Program-made: the position numbers and the translations under genes
The notes under the pieces: generated by a model
Told to the model about the DNA's origin: nothing
What the model saw: the letters and a program-made list of their open reading frames with translations, nothing else
Database searches by the model: none
Source of the DNA: a virus
Lineage: Duplodnaviria; Caudoviricetes
Direction: 5' to 3' (one strand)
DNA length: 29,645 nt
IMG/VR virus record: IMGVR_UViG_3300024187_000019
Location: 1 to 29,645 of that record
In this document: piece after piece, positions 8,237 through 16,163 of the stretch
Layout: each line of letters begins with the position of its first letter
Position numbering within the stretch: position 1 is the stretch's first letter

Positions 8237-9444
8237 TACAAACGAGCGCAAACGCGAAAACACACGCGGCGACTGCAGGCATTCCGGCATGGCTTAATGG
8301 CGTGCCGGTGTTGGGATGGAAGGCGGTGCCGGGCAGTCTCATGAAGGACATGGACTACACGCCGCAGCTAAACGCGGGATTGTCTGCCGATAACAAAGGG
8401 ACACCGGGCGCGGGTTTCAACTTCTACGGTAGTCCGATTTCTGGCTTTTTCGGCTACGGGTCGTGGATGCTGCGCGCGAGCGATTCAATGGTGCTCGGCA
8501 TGGGCGGCGGCGGCGCCGGCGCCTGGGCGGGCAACGACATCCGGGGCCTGCCATTGCTCGATGACGCGCCGCGCTGGAGAACCTTGGTCGATCCGTCGCC
8601 GGCTTCGAACGTATGGGGATCGCGCTACCAGCAAGTCCCAGCGACAGGCCCGCATTCGCGGATGAAAGATGGCGTAACGCCGAACGCGCGGCATACGTCT
8701 TGGATGCCTCAATTCGACGACGTCGCGAATCGCGTCTATTTGATGGGCTGTGCGCTGGTGTGGGAGAGTGATAGCGATCCGCCATATCCGGACAAACTAA
8801 ACGTCGACAGCATCTCGCTTGACGATAAGCAATGGACAGGCCCCGGCGCGCATCCGAATCTTCTTCACACATGGGGCTATCAAGGATTTTGTGTTTGTTC
8901 CGACCGGACGAAACGCCGCGCGTATATTTTTGGCGGATCGACGCTCGACGTCTTCGACTGGCCGACGAACACGATTTCGACGCTGGTTAGTTCCGGTCCT
9001 ACGCAATGGGATCGCGGCTCCGCAGCCGTAGATCCGGTCAACAATCTCATTTTGCACATCGGCTGGTTCACGACGACACCGAATCAGCCGACCGTCATCA
9101 ATCTTGCGAATGGCGCGCTGACGCAGGCGGTGCTGACCGGAACGTATGCGAGCGCGATCATTGCCGGCGCCGGCCCCTACGGTGCGGGAATGTGCTACTG
9201 CCCAGATCTCGGCTGCTTCCTATACTTTCCGGACGACGGCTTCGTCTACGCGATCACGAAGACCGACCTCGCACACTGGGCGGTCGATCGTCTGGTGACG
9301 ACGGGAGTCGGACCCGCGCCGCACATTTCCGGCAATGCCGGGACGCCACAGGTATGGAGCCGATTCCAATACGTCCCGGCGCTCAAGGGCGTTGTCGTCG
9401 GTCCGGTCTGGAATCAGCCGGCGTTTTTCTTGCGGATCGTGTAA
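8233..9444 (+). CDS. Putative beta-propeller (Kelch/galactose-oxidase-like) protein
   Basis: ATGA coupling at 8233; GGGG..WAGND, DG.TPNARHT, repeated YIFGG / AVDPVNN / YCPDLG blade-like units. Confidence 0.6.
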   Translation: MIQTSANAKTHAATAGIPAWLNGVPVLGWKAVPGSLMKDMDYTPQLNAGLSADNKGTPGAGFNFYGSPISGFFGYGSWMLRASDSMVLGMGGGGAGAWAGNDIRGLPLLDDAPRWRTLVDPSPASNVWGSRYQQVPATGPHSRMKDGVTPNARHTSWMPQFDDVANRVYLMGCALVWESDSDPPYPDKLNVDSISLDDKQWTGPGAHPNLLHTWGYQGFCVCSDRTKRRAYIFGGSTLDVFDWPTNTISTLVSSGPTQWDRGSAAVDPVNNLILHIGWFTTTPNQPTVINLANGALTQAVLTGTYASAIIAGAGPYGAGMCYCPDLGCFLYFPDDGFVYAITKTDLAHWAVDRLVTTGVGPAPHISGNAGTPQVWSRFQYVPALKGVVVGPVWNQPAFFLRIV

Positions 9445-10212
9445 ATGGCGATCGCGCGCGTCAGTTCCACGTCCGCCGACGTTGGCTTTGCAGCCAGCAT
9501 AACCTTCGGTGCTTTTGACGCGGGGAGCGCAGCGGGACGCACGGTGTTTGGATTCTGGACGAACGACTCGACCGCCGAGCACCTGACTTCGTCAACGTAC
9601 AACGGCGTTTCCTGCACGCTGGGCACGGAAGAAGTTTTCTCTTCGACATGTCTGAGCAATGTTTCCCGCCTGATAGGCGATGCCAACATAGCGACAGGCA
9701 CGCATAACTTCGTCGGGAACTACACGGACGGGAGTCATCATCCAGGCGGGATCGTCGTTTCGTATTCCGGCGTCAGTGCGATCAGTATCGTCGCACAAGG
9801 CCACGGCGACACTGGCGGCACGCCAGCAGGGCCGATCACGCTGACGGGGACGGGCTTCAACTCCGGCGACCTGGCCGTGATGCTGATGTCTTTCCACGCA
9901 GGTGCGTCGACGACCTATACGGATTCGCATGGCACGACTTTCAGAAGTGTGGGCGCGACCACGTTCCGTTATATCGGCATCGAACTGACGGCAAGCGGAT
10001 CAAGCGTAACCATCGACGGCACGCCAAGCGTGCGCGCTGCGTGGACGGGCTACATGTTCCGGCTGCAACCGCTTGCCAGCGGCACGGTGCGCCGGCGCAC
10101 GCTGGGCCAGCGCATCGGATCGCGTCAAGGCGGATTTGTGCGCCTAGCTTCGGGGCTCCTTGCGCCGCGGCGTTTTGCTTCTAACGAATCATCCTTTTTG
10201 GAGGCCGCATAA
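9445..10212 (+). CDS. Hypothetical Ser/Thr/Gly-rich beta protein, probable virion decoration protein
   Basis: TAAATG junctions at both ends; MAIA.. start, TYNGVS and VVSYSGV motifs seen in phage structural beta proteins; Arg-rich C-terminal tail. Confidence 0.65.
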   Translation: MAIARVSSTSADVGFAASITFGAFDAGSAAGRTVFGFWTNDSTAEHLTSSTYNGVSCTLGTEEVFSSTCLSNVSRLIGDANIATGTHNFVGNYTDGSHHPGGIVVSYSGVSAISIVAQGHGDTGGTPAGPITLTGTGFNSGDLAVMLMSFHAGASTTYTDSHGTTFRSVGATTFRYIGIELTASGSSVTIDGTPSVRAAWTGYMFRLQPLASGTVRRRTLGQRIGSRQGGFVRLASGLLAPRRFASNESSFLEAA

Positions 10213-11802
10213 ATGGAAGGCTTCCTAAAGCTAAGCACCGCGGTCAATATCACGGTGCTGATGATCGACAGCAGCGATCACGTCACCGGCAAGACCGGGC
10301 TTTCCGCCGGGCTTACGATCTATGCGACGAAGGCGGCAGGGACGCCGGCAACGATCACGCCGACCGTGACCGAGCTGGATTCGACCAACGTCAAGGGCGT
10401 CTATAAGCTGGCCTTGACGACCGGCCACACCGATACGCTGGGCGAACTGCTGCTGCACATTACAGCGACCGGCGCTGACCCGACCGATATAAAGTGGCAG
10501 GTCTCGACCTACCTGCCGGGCGAGGCGGCGACGCTTCAGGCTGACCAAGCGGTGAATGCTACGAAGATCGGCGGCACGACGCAGACGGGTCGAGATATTG
10601 GCGCGAGCGTTCTGCTTTCAGCTGGAACCGGCGCGGGGCAACTGGACTTCACTTCCGGAGTGGTCAAGGCGAACGCAACGCAATGGCTCGGCGGGACCAT
10701 TCCTGCAGTCAATGTAACTGGCGTCCCGATTATCGACCTTAAGTACACGCTCGGCACGATCTCTCCTGCGACGGCTGGCTCGGTGCGGGCCGATTCCGTT
10801 ACAGGAGCAGTTGGGTCTGTGACTGGCGCTGTGGGGAGCGTGACCGGAAACGTCGGCGGCAACGTGGTTGGCTCAGTGGCGAGCGTTACTGGCAATGTCG
10901 GCGGCAACGTCGTGGGCTCTGTCGCTAGTGTTACCGCTCGAGTCACGGCAAACACAGACCAGCTTGCCGGACAGACCGTGACTGCCGCGGCTGGAGTGAC
11001 CTTCCCGAGTTCAGTAGCCAGCCCGACGAATATCACGGCCGGCACGATTACGACTGCGACGAATCTGACGAACGCTCCGACTTCTGGAGACTTCACGGCA
11101 GCCATGAAGACGTCCCTAAACGCCGCGACGCCGGCTAGTGTTGTCGGCGCCGTTGGGTCTGTCACTGGAAACGTGGGCGGCAACGTAACAGGGTCAGTGG
11201 GCAGCGTGGCGACTGGTGGTATCGCTGCAGCCAGTTTCGCCGCGGGCGCCATCGATGCAGCGGCTATTGCAACAGATGCTCTTGGCGCGCTGGAGTTGGC
11301 AGCTGGAGCAGCATCGGAAATCGCAACCGCAGTCCGGACGGAACTTGCTCCCGAGCTCGGGCGGGTCGATGTGGCGGTAAGCACCAGACTTGCGACGGCT
11401 GGATACACAGCGCCGGACAATGCGGACATTTTGCTTATCAAGGCCAAGACTGACAACCTGCCAGCGAGTCCTGCAGCTGTTTCGGATATTCCGACCACGG
11501 CAATCGTAGCCGATGCGGTTTGGGACGAGGCCATAGCGGGCCATCTTGGGGCTGGCTCTACTGGAGCGGCCCTGAACGGCGCCGGGGCCGCTGGAAATCC
11601 GTGGATTTCGGTGCTTGAGGGGACATTAAACGCGGGTGACTTGCTGCGGATTACGGCTGGAGTCGCCGCGGGCAAGACTTCGATCACGCCTTCGGGCGAC
11701 GGCAACGCTACGGTTGTATTCCGCGACGTGTCTGACGACTCCGATATTGTCACGGCCAACATGACCGGCAGTGAACGGACGGGAGTAACGGTGGCGCCAT
11801 GA
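10213..11802 (+). CDS. Thr/Gly/Ala/Val-rich repeat protein, probable head fibre or decoration protein
   Basis: N-terminal DHVTGKTGL...GVYKL module, VGSVTGNVGGNV repeats, C-terminal ADAVWDEA and LLR..A.VAAGK..FRD modules. Confidence 0.7.
   Translation: MEGFLKLSTAVNITVLMIDSSDHVTGKTGLSAGLTIYATKAAGTPATITPTVTELDSTNVKGVYKLALTTGHTDTLGELLLHITATGADPTDIKWQVSTYLPGEAATLQADQAVNATKIGGTTQTGRDIGASVLLSAGTGAGQLDFTSGVVKANATQWLGGTIPAVNVTGVPIIDLKYTLGTISPATAGSVRADSVTGAVGSVTGAVGSVTGNVGGNVVGSVASVTGNVGGNVVGSVASVTARVTANTDQLAGQTVTAAAGVTFPSSVASPTNITAGTITTATNLTNAPTSGDFTAAMKTSLNAATPASVVGAVGSVTGNVGGNVTGSVGSVATGGIAAASFAAGAIDAAAIATDALGALELAAGAASEIATAVRTELAPELGRVDVAVSTRLATAGYTAPDNADILLIKAKTDNLPASPAAVSDIPTTAIVADAVWDEAIAGHLGAGSTGAALNGAGAAGNPWISVLEGTLNAGDLLRITAGVAAGKTSITPSGDGNATVVFRDVSDDSDIVTANMTGSERTGVTVAP
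10840..10929 (+). repeat. Tandem 45-nt (15 aa VTGNVGGNVVGSVAS) repeat x2, with a degenerate third copy near 11161
   Basis: Identical peptide with synonymous DNA differences; flanked by VTGAVGS heptads. Confidence 0.85.
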
Positions 11803-12686
11803 AAACACAGATCGACCATCTTGCGGATTCCGTCTTTGTTGCGGTCAAAGGATTCCTGACGGCCGAACTCGACCGAAGACTGGCCGCATTGCCTGTGCCG
11901 AAGGATGGCGCTCCCGGTAAGGACGCGGACCTGACAGCGGTGGAAACAGAGATTGCCGAAATTGAAAAGGGGCTGGCCGACGTCAGAAGCATTGCGGTAT
12001 CGCCGGAGCACGTCGAAACGATGATTAAGTCGGCGATCGAGTCATTGCCAAAGCCTAAGGATGGTGATCCGGGGAAGGACGGCCGGGACGGAGTTGATGG
12101 AAAAGACGGCGCTCCTGGCGTTGACGGCAAAACAGGATTCGACGGCCTGCCTGGTCAGGACGGTGTCGACGGAAAAGACGGCAAGGATGGAATGGATGGC
12201 GAGCCGGGCCGGGACGGGCTGAGGGTCGATGTTCTTGATTCGATCGACGAGGAAACCAGCTACCAGCGGGGGACTCATGCTTGTTACCGGGGCGGGGTGA
12301 TTCGTGCCAAGCGCAGGACTGATCCGCTGATGGTGCAGCCGGATCTGGACAAAGCCGGATGGCAAGTCGTCTTGGATGGGATCGACGAAACCATACCGGA
12401 AATAAGCGCCGATTCCAGAGTCGTTACGCTATCGATCAAGCGCACAAGCGGAGTTGTGACGAAGCGCGGCTTTGCCGTGCCGACCATGATTTACCGCGGC
12501 ATTTGGAAGGAAGGCGAATACCAGTTGGGCGACGTGACGACTTACGGCGGGCAGCTGTGGCATTGCCAGCAGGAAACGAAGACGCAACCGGGAGTCTCGC
12601 CGGACTGGAAACTCTGTGTTCGCAAGGGCATGGATGGGAAGGACGCTGGAGAACGTAAGCAGCCGCAAGTCGTTGCGCTTAAGTGA
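11799..12686 (+). CDS. Collagen-like head-associated protein with C-terminal carbohydrate-binding-like module
   Basis: ATGA coupling; PKDG/GKDG Gly-X-Y runs; C-terminal MIYRGIWKEG.Y..GDVTTYGGQLWHC...PG..W.LCVRKG.DGKD. Confidence 0.8.
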   Translation: MKTQIDHLADSVFVAVKGFLTAELDRRLAALPVPKDGAPGKDADLTAVETEIAEIEKGLADVRSIAVSPEHVETMIKSAIESLPKPKDGDPGKDGRDGVDGKDGAPGVDGKTGFDGLPGQDGVDGKDGKDGMDGEPGRDGLRVDVLDSIDEETSYQRGTHACYRGGVIRAKRRTDPLMVQPDLDKAGWQVVLDGIDETIPEISADSRVVTLSIKRTSGVVTKRGFAVPTMIYRGIWKEGEYQLGDVTTYGGQLWHCQQETKTQPGVSPDWKLCVRKGMDGKDAGERKQPQVVALK

Positions 12687-13315
12687 TGTGGTCTGTCCCG
12701 CGGATGTGGCCGGGGGAGACTTGTGCCGTTCTAGCGTCCGGCTCGAGCATGACGCAGGAGGTTGCGGACACGGTTAGAGCGGCCGGCATACGGTCTATAG
12801 CGGTCAATACGACGTTCAAACGCGCGCCCCGGGCCGATATGGTCTACGCCGCGGACGAGGCATGGTGGAAGTATCACAAGGCCGAACTGATGTTGTATGC
12901 CGGCCTGAAGGTAATGTGTACGCCGACGGCGATGCCGAATATGTGCGCCCCGTTCCCCGGAATCCACGTTCTGAGGAATACCGGCCGCGATGGGTTCGAT
13001 CCGAACCCCGCCCATATCCGGACCGGGAACAATAGTGGGTATCAGGCGATTCACGTTGCCGTCCATGCTGGCTGTAGTCGAGTCTTGTTGTGCGGATTCG
13101 ATATGCATGGCGGGAACTGGCACGGCAGACACCCGGAGCCATTGAGAGAACACGGCAACGACTATTCAGCCTGGTTCCCGATGTTTGAGACGTTGCACAA
13201 GGAATTACAGGAACGGGGCGTCGAAGTTCTGAACTGCACTCCCCGAAGCGCCTTGAAGTGCTTTCCGATGGCCGATTTGAAGGACGTTCTTGCGTGCTCT
13301 GTGCTTGCTGCGTGA
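12686..13315 (+). CDS. Putative glycosyltransferase, Maf/GT29-GT42 (sialyltransferase-like) fold
   Basis: TGATG coupling; VLASGSSM, IAVN, NSGYQAIH.A..G..RVLLCGFDM, VLNCTP motifs. Confidence 0.6.
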   Translation: MWSVPRMWPGETCAVLASGSSMTQEVADTVRAAGIRSIAVNTTFKRAPRADMVYAADEAWWKYHKAELMLYAGLKVMCTPTAMPNMCAPFPGIHVLRNTGRDGFDPNPAHIRTGNNSGYQAIHVAVHAGCSRVLLCGFDMHGGNWHGRHPEPLREHGNDYSAWFPMFETLHKELQERGVEVLNCTPRSALKCFPMADLKDVLACSVLAA

Positions 13316-14042
13316 ACGGACGGTATACCGCAGGCAGGCATTTGTGACGGGCCTTCAGCGGGCGGGTTATGAACTTGTAAACGCCATTCCCCGACCTGAG
13401 CCGCGGGACGTTCTCTGCATTTGGAATCGGTATGCCGGGAATCATGAGCAGGCCAGGAAATTTGAGTCTGCCGGGGCAAAGGTTCTGGTTGCGGAGAACG
13501 GATACATACCGGATCTTGCTGGTGGTAAGTGGCTGTCCCTGGCCTTGAATCATCATGCCGGTGCTGGGTCTTGGAAACACGGAGGACCCGAGCGTTGGGA
13601 TTATCTTGGCGTCCGGTTTGGGGAGTGGCGGCACGTCAATAACGGCGAGACGATCGTTCTCGGACAGCGGGGAATCGGGGAGCCGGGGATAGCGTCTCCT
13701 GTCGGTTGGGCTGAGTCTGTTGTCCGGAAGGTCAGGGGAAGGATCAGACCTCACCCAGGGACGAACAAGAATATCGTCCCGCTGGAACAGGACTTAGCCA
13801 AGGCGTCTGGTGTTGTCACTTGGGCGAGCTCGGCGGCATTGCGGGCGTTGTTACATGGGATTCCCGTTTGGTACGCCATGCCGAAATGGATAGGCGCCCC
13901 GGCTTGCAAGCCTCTCGGCCAATGGCCCGAGCCGCTGCGCGACGATCAGGCAAGGCTTGATATGTTCCGCCGACTGGCCTGGGCACAGTGGAGACTTGAC
14001 GAGATCGAGTCCGGCGAAGCCTTTTCGTACCTTCTGCAATGA
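13290..14042 (+). CDS. Putative glycosyltransferase, KpsS/KpsC (capsule synthesis)-like
   Basis: RBS GAAGGA plus TTG; VAENGY, IRPHP, VVTWASSAALRALLHGIPV motifs. Confidence 0.65.
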   Translation: MRALCLLRERTVYRRQAFVTGLQRAGYELVNAIPRPEPRDVLCIWNRYAGNHEQARKFESAGAKVLVAENGYIPDLAGGKWLSLALNHHAGAGSWKHGGPERWDYLGVRFGEWRHVNNGETIVLGQRGIGEPGIASPVGWAESVVRKVRGRIRPHPGTNKNIVPLEQDLAKASGVVTWASSAALRALLHGIPVWYAMPKWIGAPACKPLGQWPEPLRDDQARLDMFRRLAWAQWRLDEIESGEAFSYLLQ

Positions 14043-14890
14043 GAATCCTCGTTGCCGGGAAGTCTACGAAAGGGGCGTGGCCGATTCGTGGCGAGCAGCT
14101 TGGAGAAGCCATAGGTGCGCGAGTCGTACCAAACGCGAAAGCCATTGAGGACTGCGATGTGGTCATCGTGGTCAAGCGTCCCAAGCAGGATTTGCTCGAG
14201 CGGATAAAGCACTACGGGGCGCCTATTGTTTGGGATGTGGTCGACTCCTATCCCCAGCCTGGGGCATTGGAATGGGGGAAGTCGGCCTGCCTTCACTGGC
14301 TGGCATTGGAGGTCAAGCGAATCAAGCCGATCGCCATTGTTGCGGCGACCAAGGCGATGGCGGCGGATTGTGATTTCGGTGTACCCGTTATAGCCCTCGA
14401 GCATCACGCCCGGATGCAGAAACGAATTAACCCGATCCGCAAGAATGTGGAGGCGGTCGGATATGAAGGCGATGAACGATACCTCGGAAAGTGGCAACCG
14501 TTTTTAGAGCAGGAATGCAAGCGGCGTAAGTGGCGGTTCGAGATCAACCCGAAGTCTTTAGCAGACCTGGATATTGTTGTTGCCTTGCGCGAGGCTAGGG
14601 GTTATGCGGCTACGCAATGGAAATCTAACGTCAAACTAGCGAATGCCCAGGCCTCGGGGACGCCAATCATCATGCAACGCGACGCGGGGTATATGGAAAC
14701 GGCCTCGGGTTCGGAGTGGCTGGCCGATACGGAGGCCGAAGTCCTTAAGGCGTTGGATGAAATGGCTACGCCCGACGCGAGGGACGGTTCTCCGCGGTGG
14801 CTTGCTGCCAATCGGATGCTGCCTGTTGCGCCGAAGATAGAAGACGTTGCCGACAAATATCTGCAATGGCTGCATCAGTTGAAGTTTTGA
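14039..14890 (+). CDS. Putative GT-B fold glycosyltransferase
   Basis: ATGA coupling; IVWDVVD, VGYEG, DIVVA.R, WKSNVKLANA.ASGTPII...Y.E C-terminal GT-B pattern. Confidence 0.6.
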   Translation: MRILVAGKSTKGAWPIRGEQLGEAIGARVVPNAKAIEDCDVVIVVKRPKQDLLERIKHYGAPIVWDVVDSYPQPGALEWGKSACLHWLALEVKRIKPIAIVAATKAMAADCDFGVPVIALEHHARMQKRINPIRKNVEAVGYEGDERYLGKWQPFLEQECKRRKWRFEINPKSLADLDIVVALREARGYAATQWKSNVKLANAQASGTPIIMQRDAGYMETASGSEWLADTEAEVLKALDEMATPDARDGSPRWLAANRMLPVAPKIEDVADKYLQWLHQLKF

Positions 14891-15660
14891 TTTCCGGCGA
14901 CGAGTCGTTGCAGGGCAAGGCGGCGATGGAATGCGCCGCTGTGGGCGCTGATCTCGCTGGCCTTGAAGTTGTGGTCACGAAACAATATCGGGGAAAGTCG
15001 GATTGGCTCTGCCTTTACGGGCCAGGTCATGCGCATCGTAATCTGAGCAGGATGGCGCACGTTGCCAGCGGAAGACAGGTTGCTTGCTGGGACATAGGGT
15101 ACATATCTCGTAAGGTGTACGCCCGAGTAGCGGTCGACCATAACCATCCGCAACGGCTATTCAACGAGACGCCGAACGATGGGAGCAGATGGGACGTCCA
15201 CGGAATTACGCTGCGCGACGACTACGATCCGAACGGGCATATCGTTGTTGCAGGGATGGGGCCGAAGTCCCGCGCGCATCTAGGGCTTTACGATTGGGAA
15301 CTGAAAACATTGTTTGAAGTGCAGGCAAGGTTCCCGAAAAAACGAGTCCTGTACAGACCTAAGCCTCAGGGCAGTCGTGACCCGCAGATTGCATGGACTA
15401 GTGACGGGACGAGTTCGATTGAAGATGTCTTGCGGGGCGCCAGCCTTGCGGTATGCAGGCATAGCAATGTTGCCGTGGACGCTTGTATCGCTGGAATACC
15501 TGTCGAGTGTGAGGATGGGGCTGCGCGTTGGCTGTATGCGAAAGGGAGCAATCCAGACGCAGAGTCCCGGCTGGACTTCCTGCATCGGCTGGCTTACTGG
15601 CAATGGAAAAACAATGAAATGCGAGAGGCATGGACATTCCTGCAAGCGGTCTCAAACTGA
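14866..15660 (+). CDS. Second KpsS/KpsC-like putative glycosyltransferase
   Basis: Likely start ATG 14866; WDIGY, LYRPKP, AVCRHSNVAVDACIAGIPV and C-terminal LAYWQW..E parallel to 13290..14042. Confidence 0.65.
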   Translation: MAASVEVLISGDESLQGKAAMECAAVGADLAGLEVVVTKQYRGKSDWLCLYGPGHAHRNLSRMAHVASGRQVACWDIGYISRKVYARVAVDHNHPQRLFNETPNDGSRWDVHGITLRDDYDPNGHIVVAGMGPKSRAHLGLYDWELKTLFEVQARFPKKRVLYRPKPQGSRDPQIAWTSDGTSSIEDVLRGASLAVCRHSNVAVDACIAGIPVECEDGAARWLYAKGSNPDAESRLDFLHRLAYWQWKNNEMREAWTFLQAVSN

Positions 15661-16163
15661 ACCTTGGGAGCGGTAGGCACAGTCTTGACGGCTGGTTCAA
15701 CATCGACGCCGCGGCGAATCCGAAAGCGGTTCGGCCACCTGACTTGTTGTGCGATGTGAAGTCTATTCCACTGCCTGATGCCTGTGCTTCTGAGGTCATG
15801 GCGATTCATCTATTCGAGCATTTATATCGTTGGGAGTGCGATGACACGATTGATGAATGGCGAAGGCTGCTCAGGCAAGGCGGATTGCTGACGCTGGAAA
15901 TGCCCGACTTGTTCAAGTTCTGCCGCAACATTCTGGAAGGCATACCGGGTAAGAATCATGCGGACCAGTTGGGGATGTGGGGGCTTTATGGCGATCCTCG
16001 GGACCGCGACCCGCTGATGGTCCATCGCTGGGGCTGGACGTTCATCACGATACAACCATTCCTGACCGAACACGGTTTCACAGACATTCGAGAGGACGTA
16101 ACGCAATGGCACAAGGTAGGACGGGGCGTGCGTGACTTTAGGGTGACGGCGAGGAAAGCATGA
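15630..16163 (+). CDS. Class I SAM-dependent methyltransferase
   Basis: RBS GAGG; motif I LKLNLGSG, W.NID, HLFEHL, RLLRQGGLL.LEMPD. Confidence 0.85.
   Translation: MDIPASGLKLNLGSGRHSLDGWFNIDAAANPKAVRPPDLLCDVKSIPLPDACASEVMAIHLFEHLYRWECDDTIDEWRRLLRQGGLLTLEMPDLFKFCRNILEGIPGKNHADQLGMWGLYGDPRDRDPLMVHRWGWTFITIQPFLTEHGFTDIREDVTQWHKVGRGVRDFRVTARKA

Noticed and set aside
10790-11210. CRISPR array or DGR template/variable repeat
   Set aside because: Repeats are in-frame coding repeats with synonymous changes; no spacers, no adenine-specific variation, no reverse transcriptase
10536-12011. 491 aa minus-strand ORF
   Set aside because: Antisense shadow of a GC-rich low-complexity gene; no recognisable motifs
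12816-13754. 312 aa minus-strand ORF and the other minus-strand ORFs
   Set aside because: All overlap well-supported, coupled plus-strand genes; Arg/Pro/Ser-rich composition typical of non-coding frames
14797-14865. Cys-rich N-terminus of track ORF 14797..15660
   Set aside because: Lies deep inside the upstream gene; ATG 14866 gives a length matching its paralogue
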